This document shows positions 35,162 through 48,064 of a stretch of DNA of 64,000 nt, one piece after another (the stretch's first letter is position 1; each line of letters starts with the position of its first letter). Made by a program: the position numbers and the translations under genes. Source of the stretch: the human T2T-CHM13v2.0 reference genome, Homo sapiens; assembly GCF_009914755.1 (NCBI RefSeq), contig NC_060938.1, one strand, 5' to 3'. The notes below the pieces were generated by a model, which saw nothing but the letters and a program-made list of their open reading frames with translations, made no database searches and was not told where the DNA came from.

Positions 35162-37437
35162 TGTGGGAGAGAGATACCATTCAAATAGTCTAGTGCTTTG
35201 ACTTAAGGAGGAATCTGTAATTTCCCAGTTTGTTTTCTGCTTTGATCCTCTTCACATGTGTATACTCTTTCAGCATTTTCTCATTACATAAGAATTTGCA
35301 AGCGATGGGAGCCAGGAGTGGGAGAGGGCATGCTCCTAAGGGGGCGTGGTCACACATCAGGGTCTTCAGGTGGGCATGTGGAAGGCCCGCCCAGATTCTG
35401 ATACTATTCCTCTATTTCCTACTCCACTCACCAATAGGTAATTCTTAGCTCCAAGAAACACAGATGTCCCTTAGTGGGGCATTTCTGGGTGTGAGGAGAC
35501 ACTCGCAAACACTCAAGGCACCGTGGGACTTGCGCTGTAGGTGAGTAGCAGACAAGACCTTTCACTTGGAAATGTTCCTTTCCTTCCAAGGTAGGGAGAA
35601 ATGATCTGATCTCTTCTCCGAGAGGATTTACTCTCCAAAGTCAAGTCTTCCTTTGATCTGGGTGGGTGGGAGGTGGGGGTCCTGCCTACGGTTGCGCAGG
35701 TTGAGCGTGAATTCCCAAAGGGTAAGTGTAGGTGGAGTCCTGTTCAGGTCCTACTCAGCAAGCTGGATGCTGGAGCAAGGGCAAGGGTCTGGCTAGAGGA
35801 AAAGCTGCCCTTTAAAAGTCCACACGAGGTCTCTGCTGGTTGTGACCCTGCCAGGTGGCAACCTCAAGGGTTTCTCAGTCTTAACTCTCCCCTTGAATTC
35901 AGTAATTTCAGGACTGGGGTGATAGGAAAATGAAAATAGAATGAAATTCAGGAAGAATTCTGTTTACTGCGACATTTTCCAACAGTTGGAAGTCTCCGCT
36001 TTCCTGACAATATTTGGGTTTATTAAAAGACCCACCTGTATGACTTTAGGTGGCACTCACTCATTTACCCACTGGAAAAACAAATTTTTTTTTTTGTCAA
36101 ATGCGACTGAGTGTCGCATTATGCTCTTGTGTCTTGTCAATCCTCCTATTTGCCAATTTCCAGCTTATCAGCTAGACTTGCTTAATGCCTGAGGCCAAGG
36201 TACTGCAGTATCTCTTAATTAACTAGTTGCAGACAGCTAATTACTTAACTGCAGTATCTCATCAGTATACAAAGTATATTGACTCCAAATTGGAAAAATG
36301 CCTCTGAGCATTTTTAAAGTATTACAAAACTTCTACTAGAAAAGGCATCTTTTAAAATACCACCCATGGAAGAGCGTAGACAAAGGGAGGATAAGAGAGA
36401 AGTGTGGAGGAAACACACTTGAAAGAGTAGTTTCATTTTTCATCTCAATCCCTTACCCTCTATATTTCCTATGTCAAAATGATGGCTTTAGAGATTCTGC
36501 AGAAGTACTCGCCTCTTCACAACCTACTCCACTCTCCTGGAGATGACCATAACCCCTGAAATGCTGCGCCCCACCCTTTCTGAGCAGGTTCCCATCCTGA
36601 ACTTCTGACTGCAGTAAAATTTAGAGAGTTGCCTGCTGCCCAGTCTACAGGCCACTGAAGATGCAGGAAACGTTTCTGATGAATGTTTTCAGGACTTGGC
36701 TCCCAAGCACTTGCTGACCAGCCTCTTTGGTCCAGATCCAGCCTTGCCTCCAACCTTGCTGGCTGGAGTATCTGTGGCTTCTTGTAAAAGGCCGGACATA
36801 CTCTCCTTATTAAAGTGAGATTAACAGGTGCTAAGGAGGGTATTACAGATCATTAGCTACCTAATCATTAAAGTTCTAACTGAGGAGTTCTCCCAAGTAG
36901 ACCATTTACTGTTCTCTCACTAGATGGCCAGGCCTGCGCTGGGCACTTCATACAGAATCAAACTCAGTCTCTACACACTATGAGCTAGAGATTATTCTTG
37001 ATTTTTATTTGATAAACTCGAAGTGCAGAGAATTGGAATAATTTGTCTAAAGCCACACATATAATTAGAAAAAAAAACAATGCAAGGGAAAAAAAGTGCT
37101 TTAGAGGAAAGGAGCTAGTGAAACACATCATATTGAGAGTAAATGCTCATTTGGGATGAGTAGATTTTTCTTTTGGACTCCTCTGCCGGTTCAGCAGATC
37201 AGTGCTGCAGTAATAGTTACTGGGTTCAGAAATGATTTCACTTTGTTGGTCTCATTTTATTCTTCGATTCTTTACAGCTGAAGCCTGTCTTCGCCAAAAT
37301 GGAGATCTAAGACATATGTTATTTCCACTTTTCCTCTGTCAGTTTAATATATATAGTGACCATTTTTTTTCCTTGAGAAGTACATATCCTGTGCATTGGT
37401 GTGGAGGAAAAGAAAATGCCAGTATGTCACCAAAAGA

Positions 37438-37912
37438 TTAGCAGTTCCACAACCTTGGCTGCACATTAGAATCACATAGAGAGATTCGGGAAGTCCCTAT
37501 GCCCAGGCCACACTCCCAACCTGCTAAATTAGCCTCTGTGTGTGTGGCTTCCTGATATTTCTAGCAGTGCTTCTCTAACTTTACATGAACACAAAGCACC
37601 TAGGGGTTTTAAAATGCAGAGTCTGGTTCAGTAGGCCTGTGTGGGTGCTGAGACCCTGCATTTCTAACAAGCTCCCAGTTGAGGCCACTGTTTCTGGGCA
37701 TCTCCACGTTGGGGTTAGGCTCTAAATTAGTCATTTTCAAAATATGGTCCCTGTATCTGTGGCATCAGCATCACCAGGGATCTTGTTAGAAATGGAAAGG
37801 TTTGGGCCCCTCCCAGACCTAGTGAATCACTAACTCTGGGGGTGCAGCCCAGCAATCTGGTTTAACAAACCTCCAGGTGATTCTGACGTACACTAAAGTT
37901 TGAGAACCACTG
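37438..37912. mobile_element. Cluster of three MER5A/MER5B fossils
   Basis: ttggctgcacattagaatcac; ctgcatttctaacaagctcccag; cagcatcacc...cttgttagaaatg...ggtgattctga...aagtttgagaaccactg. Confidence 0.75.
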
Positions 37913-38249
37913 CTGGGGAATCATTTGTAGTTTACTCCAGGTTTAGGCTTTTGGGAGGCAAGAGAGTTTATCCACAGTTTATCCAAAACAATGGAGAAGG
38001 CTTATTACAAGGATACTTGTGGAAATGAGATTAGGCTTCATAGGAACCCAAGGAACAGTTGCACAACCAGGACATATGTGACAAACCACTCACAGCAAGG
38101 CATCCTAGAAATTGGGATGTGTCCGGGAGCATCTGGAGTGACCACCCAGGCTGACTCATTGCTTGCCCAGCTGTTAAGAGTTCACTGTTTCTTCCTATAG
38201 TGCCTTCTCTTATCATGACTCAGCAATTCTTCCCCATCTCTGCTCCCAG

Positions 38250-38475
38250 CATAGTGGCTTAGTTGGAGTCCTGGAATGAGATTACTTGAGTTAGAATTCT
38301 GGCTTATTATGTGTACTATCAGGCACTTTACCTAATCTCTCTTGGCTTCAGTTTCCACATACTAATGCTACCTACCTCATAGACTTGTTGTAGGATCAAA
38401 TGAGATAATGGGTGTAACATGTTTAAAGCATTGCTCGGGACCCAGTAACTGTTCAAAATATCAAGCTGTCATTAT
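38250..38475 (+). mobile_element. MIR, apparently nested in an old MaLR (MLT1N-like) LTR spanning about 37926-38720
   Basis: ctacctacctcatagacttgttgtaggatcaaatgagataatg. Confidence 0.6.
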
Positions 38476-39468
38476 TGTCTTTTTGTGTCTTTATGCTTCT
38501 AGTTATATCTACCATTAACTCACTCTCAATCTGAGTTCAAATGTTTGCAAAAGAGGCACAGATTGCTGGAGTGAGTCACTGTCACGGTTATTGGTCCAAT
38601 CTCTCCCACCAAGCATCTGTGGACATCCTGTCTTTTTGCTGTCTGGGGTTAGATGCCCTCCTCTGGTCTCTAGTACTTCACGTACTTGAGAAGATCCATT
38701 CACGTTAGGACTAAAAGAAGGAAGAAAGCACATGTGATGTTGCGTCAGTCCAAGGCAGTGTGCCCTTCAGGGTGCCTTATTCCCTTCGCTTGGCCCAACC
38801 AGTTTCACCATCTGCTGATGACCTTTTGTGTCTGACTCCACAATTTAGAAACCTATTATTACATGAATCTATCAGATTATAACTTGGCACATGGGTTACA
38901 GGAGTGGGGACTCTGCTGCACTATCACTTCTGCCTTCTCCTCTGGAACCACGTGATCACCAAACTAGTGAATTTAAATAAAAGGGAGAGGTGCTGCTCAT
39001 CAATAGAGGCAAAGAGGATGCCAATCTAGGAATAAACACTACACATTTAAAAAGCCATGCCCTTCCCACCCTCCCCAGAACTTTAAAAAGAAATATCTTT
39101 GTCATTGTTTAGGCTTGAAGAAAACAGGAGCTGCTATCAGTCATTTAGAAACACTTTCCAGCTGGGTTCCTACAACAAAACTGCTGGGTTAATTCACTAA
39201 GATGTGTGGACTTTGTAGCTCACAAATATTAAGAGCAGTTTTGTAATGAATCCTCCACGGACAAGACAGTCCTTATTTGACTAGATGGGAACTACTAGCT
39301 CTTTCCCTGTCTACTGACCTCTGAGTGATGAGATAAAACCATGCAAAGTGTGAGATGCTTCCCTTTATAGTTTTGAATTTGCATGGTAGCATTTCGTTCT
39401 TGATCAGGTAGAATATCTCTGCTGTCTTTACTTTCTCCTTGTAGGAAAGCAGACAGAAAGAATAGTTT

Positions 39469-39818
39469 GGGCTGAGCATGGTGACTCACGCCTGTAATCC
39501 CAGCACTTTGGGAGACTGAGGTGGGAGGATCATTTGAGCCCAGGAGTTTGAGACCAACCCAAGCAACTCACTCTCAATCCTTGTCTCTACCACCACCACC
39601 ACCACCACCACCACCACCATCAACAACAACAACAACACCATCTAAAACAAAACAAAACAAAATTAGCTGAGTGTAGTGGTGCATGCCTGTAGTCCCAGCT
39701 ACTTGGGAGGCTGAAGTGGGAGGATTGCTTGAGCCCAGGAGGTTGAGGAGTAAGCTGAGATCATGCCACTGCACTCCAGCCTGGGTGATGGAGTGAGACC
39801 CTGTCTCAAAAAATAAAA
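39469..39818 (+). mobile_element. AluJ with (ACC)10-ATC-(AAC)5 microsatellite in the linker
   Basis: Alu dimer; (ACC)10 at 39589-39618, (AAC)5 at 39622-39636. Confidence 0.9.
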
Positions 39819-40135
39819 TAGTTTAATGATTATAATGAAAAGTCTCATAATGATCTGAGGACACAGCATTGGTTCCTATCCCTTCCGTCTGTCTCCTGCA
39901 CTTATTAGTTTCCTTATCATAGGGTTTTCAATGTGAAAGAGATAATCTCGTTTAATGTCTGAATTTGAGTAATCCAGGGTACATACAAATCTCTTTTAAA
40001 GAAAATAAATTCTTGCAGATCTTCAGCATACCTTTATTACTTTTTATTATAAAATTTCTGAAATATGTAAAAATATAAAACTACATGTGTGCTATACAAT
40101 CATAAAAACGAAAACAAATTTGCAAATTAAATATA

Positions 40136-40437
<302 letters not shown>

Positions 40438-41138
40438 CTATCTATAGATATAGATATATGTATGTATATATAAACAAAGTGACAACCAATACAATTCAAA
40501 TTCATGACAGTTTAAAAAGCAGATACTGGCTGAACTTAAATTGTCAATGCTAGGTGTATTAATAGAAAGATGAGTTGGCATAATTATTTTTACTCATGAC
40601 AATCTTAATTATTGCTAATCATTATTTAAATTGTAATTGTTATTATTATTTTGCTATTTTAATTATAAAGTCATTTTAAAATACTGAAGATTGCTCAATT
40701 TAGAATGCACGCTCCCCATACTGAGAAATAATAAGTATAATTTAACAAAAGAGTATTTATTGCATCTTTATCAGCAACATATGCATGGCACTTAGCAAAG
40801 GTACAGGTCCTTGGATGTTTGAGTTTTCAACACTGTCATGAGCCATATAATGATTCAATTTTCCCATCACTTGTCTATGTCCAAATTGCCTCAAAAGTCT
40901 TGCACAATGAGTGGTAACAGCATTTGCCCTCCGTTTGGTGTACACCTGATTGTGAACACAAATACATAGGCAGCTATTAGAATCTCATGTTCATCCAGAT
41001 GACACACCTGTGTTGCATTAATATTTATATTATGAAAATGAAAACACAAGGTTACATTCTCACGGACCTTTTGAATTTTGAGGAAAATCTGAGGACTCTC
41101 AGAGGACCTAGGGCTCCAAATTAAGAAACCTTGGTTGA

Positions 41139-41470
<332 letters not shown>

Positions 41471-43714
41471 TCAGCCCCATTTAATTCTCACAGAAACCCT
41501 ATGACATAGACACGCGCATCAACCCAACTCCACCAATGAGGACTCTGGGGCACACAGAGGTTAAACAACTTGTCCAGCACCACACAGGCAGTGAGAGAGG
41601 AATGACGATTTCATCCCAAGCCCATCTGTCTCCAAAGCCTCTCTTTTGAGAACTCTCAATACCCCTACTCTAGAAAATCTGTCCAGAATCCCGACGGAAG
41701 TGCATAGGAGTGATCACTGGGCAGACAGGGACACATGCCTAGCCTCTTTGCAGTTACTGGAAAAAGTTAATCATAAGCTGAACTAATGCAGTGCCTGTTT
41801 TGTGGGACAAAGATCTCAATTGTAATGACAACTGATTTACCCCACATGTACTTTGTCTCAGAATCAGCCTCAAAGCCTTCAGGCCTCATCTGGACATTTG
41901 AGGCCCTTACCTGAAGCCAGTGATGAGCTATATTGTTGGATGAAAATTGCTTTTTGTGCCTTGAAGTCTGGCAGCTTGTTCATTCATTTATTCATTAACT
42001 AATTGTACAGAATAGTGGGCTACCCTTCCAGGTATTCTATCGGTATAAGAAAGCAACTCACAGGTCCTGTCTCTCTCATTTACAGACCTAGAATATTGCC
42101 TCTGGTTCCCTTGCTATTGGGCATGAGTGCCTCCTTCCCTCCCTCTCAGAAGAAGGCATGAATTTGCTGTAGGGTGGTGAAAAAATATTAACTAATCTAG
42201 GCATCAGAAACTGGGTGGAAGTCCTGCTTCTGCTCCTAAAAGCTCTGTGACCTCGAACAAATCATTTATCTCATCTGATCACAATTTTCCCACCTTTAAA
42301 ATAAGAATATTGATAATGAATTTATTGTGAGGGGTCTATAAGACCATGTGTATGACAACACTAGGGATTTTGAAAATTTTCAACAGTAGAACAGGTTATT
42401 ATTTTTTATGTCCCCCAAACACTTACTGTGTACTTATTAAATGTCAGTATCTGTGTTGGCACTGAAAATACAAAGATTAGACATGATCCCTGATCTTAAT
42501 GAGCTTGTAGTCTAGTAAGGGAGATTAGTGTTTAGATAAGAACATTGTGATGTAGTAAGATGGATAATTGTAGAATTATGTGCAATGAAATAGAGGCAGT
42601 ACTCAAAGCGACTTGAGTAGGACAGTTTAAGCTACATAGAGCAGAGACATGAACTTAGCTTCTAACTACCATTACAAGTCATAGAAACACCCAGAAGCAT
42701 GGTGTGTTTGGGAATTAAGATCACTGAGGTGGGGCAGGATGTGAGGTAAGTATCCCTATGTCACAGAGGACCAAGGCTCCAGACTTGTTCTACTTTTGCT
42801 GTACCATGATTAGATACCGTTGTAATGCTCACCCATGCTATTTCCTTTCTACCCAGAACTGTAGAAAGTAATTGTTTTGTGCCAGTTTAGAATGCACTTG
42901 GAGGATGAAAAACATCATTCTCCACTTAATTGGCTTTTGTTGCTATTTTTGCATTATGGTTGCAGGACCAGCTCTGAGAATTTTAGAGCCACCTCAACAG
43001 GGTGTTCCATCTTGTTCTTTTTGATAGGTCTCCTTTCCTTTTGGCAGGCTGTTAATTTCCTCTCAATATATAATTTGGCCTCTGCATTGTTGCTCTTTTG
43101 ATGGCCTATTTAGGCCCCCAGAACTAGAATACACTTGGCCAAATGCATTATAAACAAAGGAGATTTTACCTCTGTAGTTCTTTAGGAAACAGGTAGAATT
43201 TCCATTCCTTCTATGAAGTTGATGCCTGGAGCACTGAGTGAATTAACTTGTCTTTTTGCCTTATTGAATTGATCAGAATATTTGGCATCTTTCATCTTCA
43301 ACCCTTGTCGTCATTATTGCCTTGTGACTTTTGTGAAGAATGTGGTTTCTATCACATAATTCTATAAATTCAATCAAACCATGACTCAGAAAGTGTTGAT
43401 ATCTTCTGAATGACATTTTCAACAAATGCCCCAAACAGTATGGATTGAACAGCATCATCCATTGAACTAATGAAAGCTGGAGCCTGTATTATCCTCAGTC
43501 CACTGCCTTAAACCTCAGGGAACAATTAAATACCTGTGTATTGGAGGCAATGAAAAGAGAAAGTGAGTATCATAAGTCTGTGGGCCCTTTTGATTTGGTT
43601 TGACTGCGACGTGATTTCACAGCCTACATCACAGCCACAGGCCCTTCTTATAAATAACTTTTTCAGTCTGAATTTGAAAATGTGCAGGTAGTTTTTAGAA
43701 AGTCTGGTCTGGAT

Positions 43715-45069
43715 CAGAGGTCTCCAACATGGGATGATCACACCCACAAGACAATCCATTGCCACACTGGAAGAATATATTATAACTAAGTATATATATA
43801 GTATGCATAAAATATTAGAACTAATATAAAATACAGTACTTAAATATAAAATTAGTTATCATATATTAGAACTAATATAAAAAAGGATGAATCAGAGCTT
43901 TATGCAATGAAGAAATTGGTAGTGCCCTCAGATGGTGTAGATTTCAGATGGTCAAGGTGCCATGAGGGAGGGGTGGTGCCGCACAACAGTGCTGTCATTC
44001 ATCCTTTCCTTTCAGCATCTTATGACGGTTTGCAGTTTATATATATAAGCATGGGAAATGGGCAACAGTCTTAAAAGATTTATGTATTGAAATCATGTGA
44101 TAAAGGTAATGCAAGGTCAATGGCAGAGGTGATCACATCTGACAAGAAATTGACCCATAACTTCAACATTATAAACAAAACTATTTGAAATATGGATTTT
44201 CTTATGAGCTGAATTGTGTCTCTACCCCACCCAATTCATATTTTGAAATCCTAACCCTCCAGTATCTCAGAATGTGACATTTTTTAGAGATAAGGTTTTT
44301 ACAGAGGTAATTAAGTTAAAATGAGATCATTAGGGTGGGCTCTACCAATATGACTGGTGTCCTTATAAAAGAGGAAATTTGGACACAGAGATATGAATAG
44401 AGGCAAGAACATGGGAAGACCCAGGGAGAAGAAAAACATCCACAAGCCAAGAAGAGAGACCTGGAACAGATCCTTCCCTCGCAGGAACAGCTCACAATAA
44501 ACCGATGCCAACACTTTGATTGATCTTGGACTTCCCGCCTCTAGAACAGTGAGAAAAGAAATTTCTGCTGTTTAAGCTACCCAATCTTAGCTCTTTATTA
44601 AGGCAGCCGTAACAAACTAATATAGATTCACATCCAGTCTCATTAGCCATGTGCCTTAGTCATTGTATATTATGCCTTGAGTTATTAATTAATGATAGTG
44701 TGAAGCCATTATGACTAGAAAGACATTTGAAACTATGCTTTCAGAACATGAAGACAAACCAAGACTTTACAAAAAATGAAATATATTCAATTCACTGCTG
44801 CCACTGAAAATATTACCATCAATAATAAGATCTCTAAGAGGAGAAGAAAGGATTTTTTGTGCCATTAAAAAATAAAAATTTTAAAATAGTGACATTTATT
44901 TTAATTTGGCTCCTAAAATTATTTTATTTCTACTTTGCTATATAGATAATATGATATCTATACAGTAGTACATGTATATAATTTACAAATAAATATACAT
45001 AAATATGATCAAATGGTAAAATGTGTTTTATTGATGAGGTATGTAATTAAAAATGTTTAGGGACCACTG
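43715..45069 (+). mobile_element. Charlie7-like hAT fossil, split by MLT1B
   Basis: Starts cagaggtctccaa...caagacaatccattg...aatattagaact; ends aaaatgtttagggaccactg (terminal inverted repeat-like ends). Confidence 0.55.
44200..44624 (+). mobile_element. MLT1B solo LTR (MaLR)
   Basis: ctgaattgtgtc...ttaagttaaaatgagatcattagggtggg...gactggtgtccttataaaagaggaaatttggacacaga...aaactaata. Confidence 0.85.
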
Positions 45070-45763
45070 GCCATGATAATGTGGCTTAGATTCCTCCTTT
45101 CTAAACCTAGCTATTTTAGGTTCTTCAGATATAGGACATGTTAGGGTAATTTATCAAGGAAATAGAAGTTCTGAACTAACCAAAGTTTCACTATAAGAGG
45201 AAAGGATTTATGAATTGGATGACTCATATTCTCCTATGAAGATTTAAATAAAAATGTTTTCTTTATAGGTATCAGGTTTTAAAGATAGTTTCTAAAATGA
45301 TTTAAATGAAGCTGTTTTTAGAAAGTAAGTTTTGTTTATTTTTTAAACATTTGACTTCCATTCAATACTATTGGTAAAATTCCCACAGTGGCAAGAAAGT
45401 CAGGCACAGCCCTCCAAAGTAGTGAAGGGTACTTAACAACCCATTTATTTGGAAGTATTTTTGGTATTTTGTATAGAATAAAATCAGGAAGCTCAGCAGC
45501 TACCTCTGGAGAATGCAGTTTGATTCAGTCAAAGCATCAGTGTGTGGAACTGGGTAAGGAGAGAATTTCACACACATCACACACACTCATATACACATAT
45601 TAATACATATACACACATGCACAAATATACACTTACACATACACACAGACTTACATACTCACAAATAGACACACACATACACACACCAGCATTTATGTAT
45701 CCTAGGGTAAAGACTTTTTACCAGAGACAAAGCTACTAACTTCCATGGTAGAAGAATATATAA

Positions 45764-46050
45764 GGCTGGGTGCCATGGCTCATGCCTGTAATCCGAGCAC
45801 TTTGGGAGGCCAAGGTGGGAGAATTGCTTGAGTTCTGGAGTTAGAGACCAGCCTGGACAATATAGGGAGACCCTATCTCTACAAAAAATTTTTAAAAATT
45901 AGCCAAGTGTGGTGGCACCACCTGTAGTTCCAGTTACTTGAGAAACTGAGATTGGAGAATTGCTTGAGTCCAGGAGGTACAGGTAAGACCGTGTTGGCTG
46001 TGATTGTGCCACTGCAATCCAGCCTGGCCAACAGAGCAAGACTCTCTCTC
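45764..46050 (+). mobile_element. AluJ lacking an A tail (replaced by (CT)n then a TA-rich tract)
   Basis: Alu dimer ending acagagcaagactctctctc. Confidence 0.88.
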
Positions 46051-46089
46051 TCTCTCTTTTTCTCTCATTGTGGAATGATTATTAAATGA

Positions 46090-47020
46090 TGATTACTCTA
46101 TATAGTACTATATATATATAGTCATATATATATATTCATATATATATAGTCATATATATAGTCATATATATATATACACACACACACACATATATATAAA
46201 GTCAGAAAACTCCACAGACATTAGACCTCATAAGGCAAGTCACTCTGTGCTTACACATCCCAAATGTTTTGTTCTTCGGAGCCTTTTTAAGAATGGAAGG
46301 AAAATAAAAAATGCAAGAACTTTTTATGATTATTTATTGTGCCACTGCTAATTTGAAGCCTGCCACTCATAACAAGGGGAATGATGATTACTATATATAT
46401 AGAAATATATAGTAATATATTCTATATATATGAAATATATAGTAATATATTCTATATATATGAAATATATAGAATATATTCTATATATAGTAATCTTATT
46501 CTATATATAGTAATATATAATAAGATTACTATATATAGAAATATACAGTAATATTTTTATATATATTTTAATATCTAGTAATATATATTACTATATATGT
46601 TATATGTAAAACAATATATACTATATATAGACATAGTAACATATATTACTATATATACTATATATAGACATGTCTATATATAGTATATATTGTTTTATAT
46701 ATACTATATTATGTATGCTATATAATATAATAAAATATATAATATGCTATAATATATAACATTATATAATATATATCTCAAAGGATGGTTAAGCTTTCAA
46801 AAGGCAGGGATAAAATAAGGGGCAATTTAGGAAAATAGGAATATATAGTATATTATGTATAAACAATATATACGATATATTATCGTATATATTATGTACG
46901 ATATATTATCGTATATATTAAATACTATATATTATTGTATATAATATATACTATATATAAATGTATATGATGATATCTATATTACTATATATTTCTATGT
47001 ATATAGTACTATATGTATAG
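46090..47020. repeat. ~0.9-kb interrupted (TA)n-rich tract containing captured sequence
   Basis: Read directly; non-AT inserts at 46202-46390 and 46777-46841. Confidence 0.92.
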
Positions 47021-47208
47021 TAATCATCATTCCCCATGTTATGAGTGGCAGGCTTCAAATTAGCAGCGGTACAATAAATGATCATAAAAGGCTCTTGCAT
47101 TTTTTATTTTCTTCCATTCTTAAAAAGGCTCCAAAGAACAAAACATTTGGCATGTGTAAACACACAGTGACTTGCCTTATGAGGTCTAATGTCTGTGGAG
47201 TTCTCTGA
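46202..47208. repeat. Long inverted repeat: arms about 46202-46394 and 47017-47208
   Basis: Left arm tcagaaaactccacagacattagacctc...ggggaatgatgattactata is the reverse complement of the right arm; about 12 differences in ~193 bp by hand alignment. Confidence 0.97.
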
Positions 47209-48064
47209 TTACCATCAAGAAAAGCAGAAGGAAAAACATTGGTTCAGGATCATTTCTACTTATCCTTTTCTTTCCAGGTAAAAGAAATCTTTACCTGGGT
47301 CTAGACCAGCAAAAGCTCTTTGAAGCAGGAGATACACATCACTGGGTACGGCTGGTTCTCAAACATGCACTTGATTTTATTCACAAGTCTTACAAATCAT
47401 CACATGCCCAAAGAAACACCTAGGTGAACTAAAGTTCTGATTTTATACACTCACTGCCACCTGTCACTCACAGCCTGCAAGTCTCTGTGCCAATGTCAGA
47501 AGCTGGAAATATATTATGATGGTTAAGATCAGTGCTCCTTATCAGTCATTTTCTAGTGGATTGTAAGTTGCTCATGTGGCAAAGTTAACCTCTTAGGAAG
47601 AAGGGGTAGATGGAGAACAATAGAAGAGGTGGAACTAAGTTCTGGGGTACTCCAGCATCAAGAGATTGAGGAGAGGGAACTGGGATCAGTTGGATGTCAG
47701 GAAAGCAAAGCAAGAGTGTCATCATGGGAACCAAGAGAAGAGAGAGTGATCAGCTCTATGAAATGACACCCCCATTTTTACATCCCCCAATTCCCCATTT
47801 ATCTTTCTCAGCTGCAAACATGGATGATTTTCTTCTATGCCGTGAGGTCACTGAACGTATAAGTAGAAATTCCTAGCTCTCAGAACCATTTGGGACTTTT
47901 GCAACCTATACAAAACTTCAGTATCCTCCTTTTTTTCCTATTTTATATTTTCTCTTTTGAATTTAATCCTCATGCGATTAGAGTACGCTAAAAGGGACCA
48001 AGCTTAGATTAGCAGAAGAATTTTACTAAAGGTTCAAGTATGCGTTTGGCAATGAAATTCCATC

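Noticed and set aside
36100-36120. Hairpin aatgcgac-tgagt-gtcgcatt (also gggtcca-gta-tggaccc at 5433-5449)
   Set aside because: 7-8 bp stems are expected several times by chance in 64 kb and have no supporting context
46202-47208. Inverted repeat as a MITE or pre-miRNA
   Set aside because: No TSD or recognisable transposon terminus, asymmetric flanks, and a ~620-bp microsatellite spacer far too long for a miRNA hairpin; a Dfam search is still needed to exclude a MITE fully
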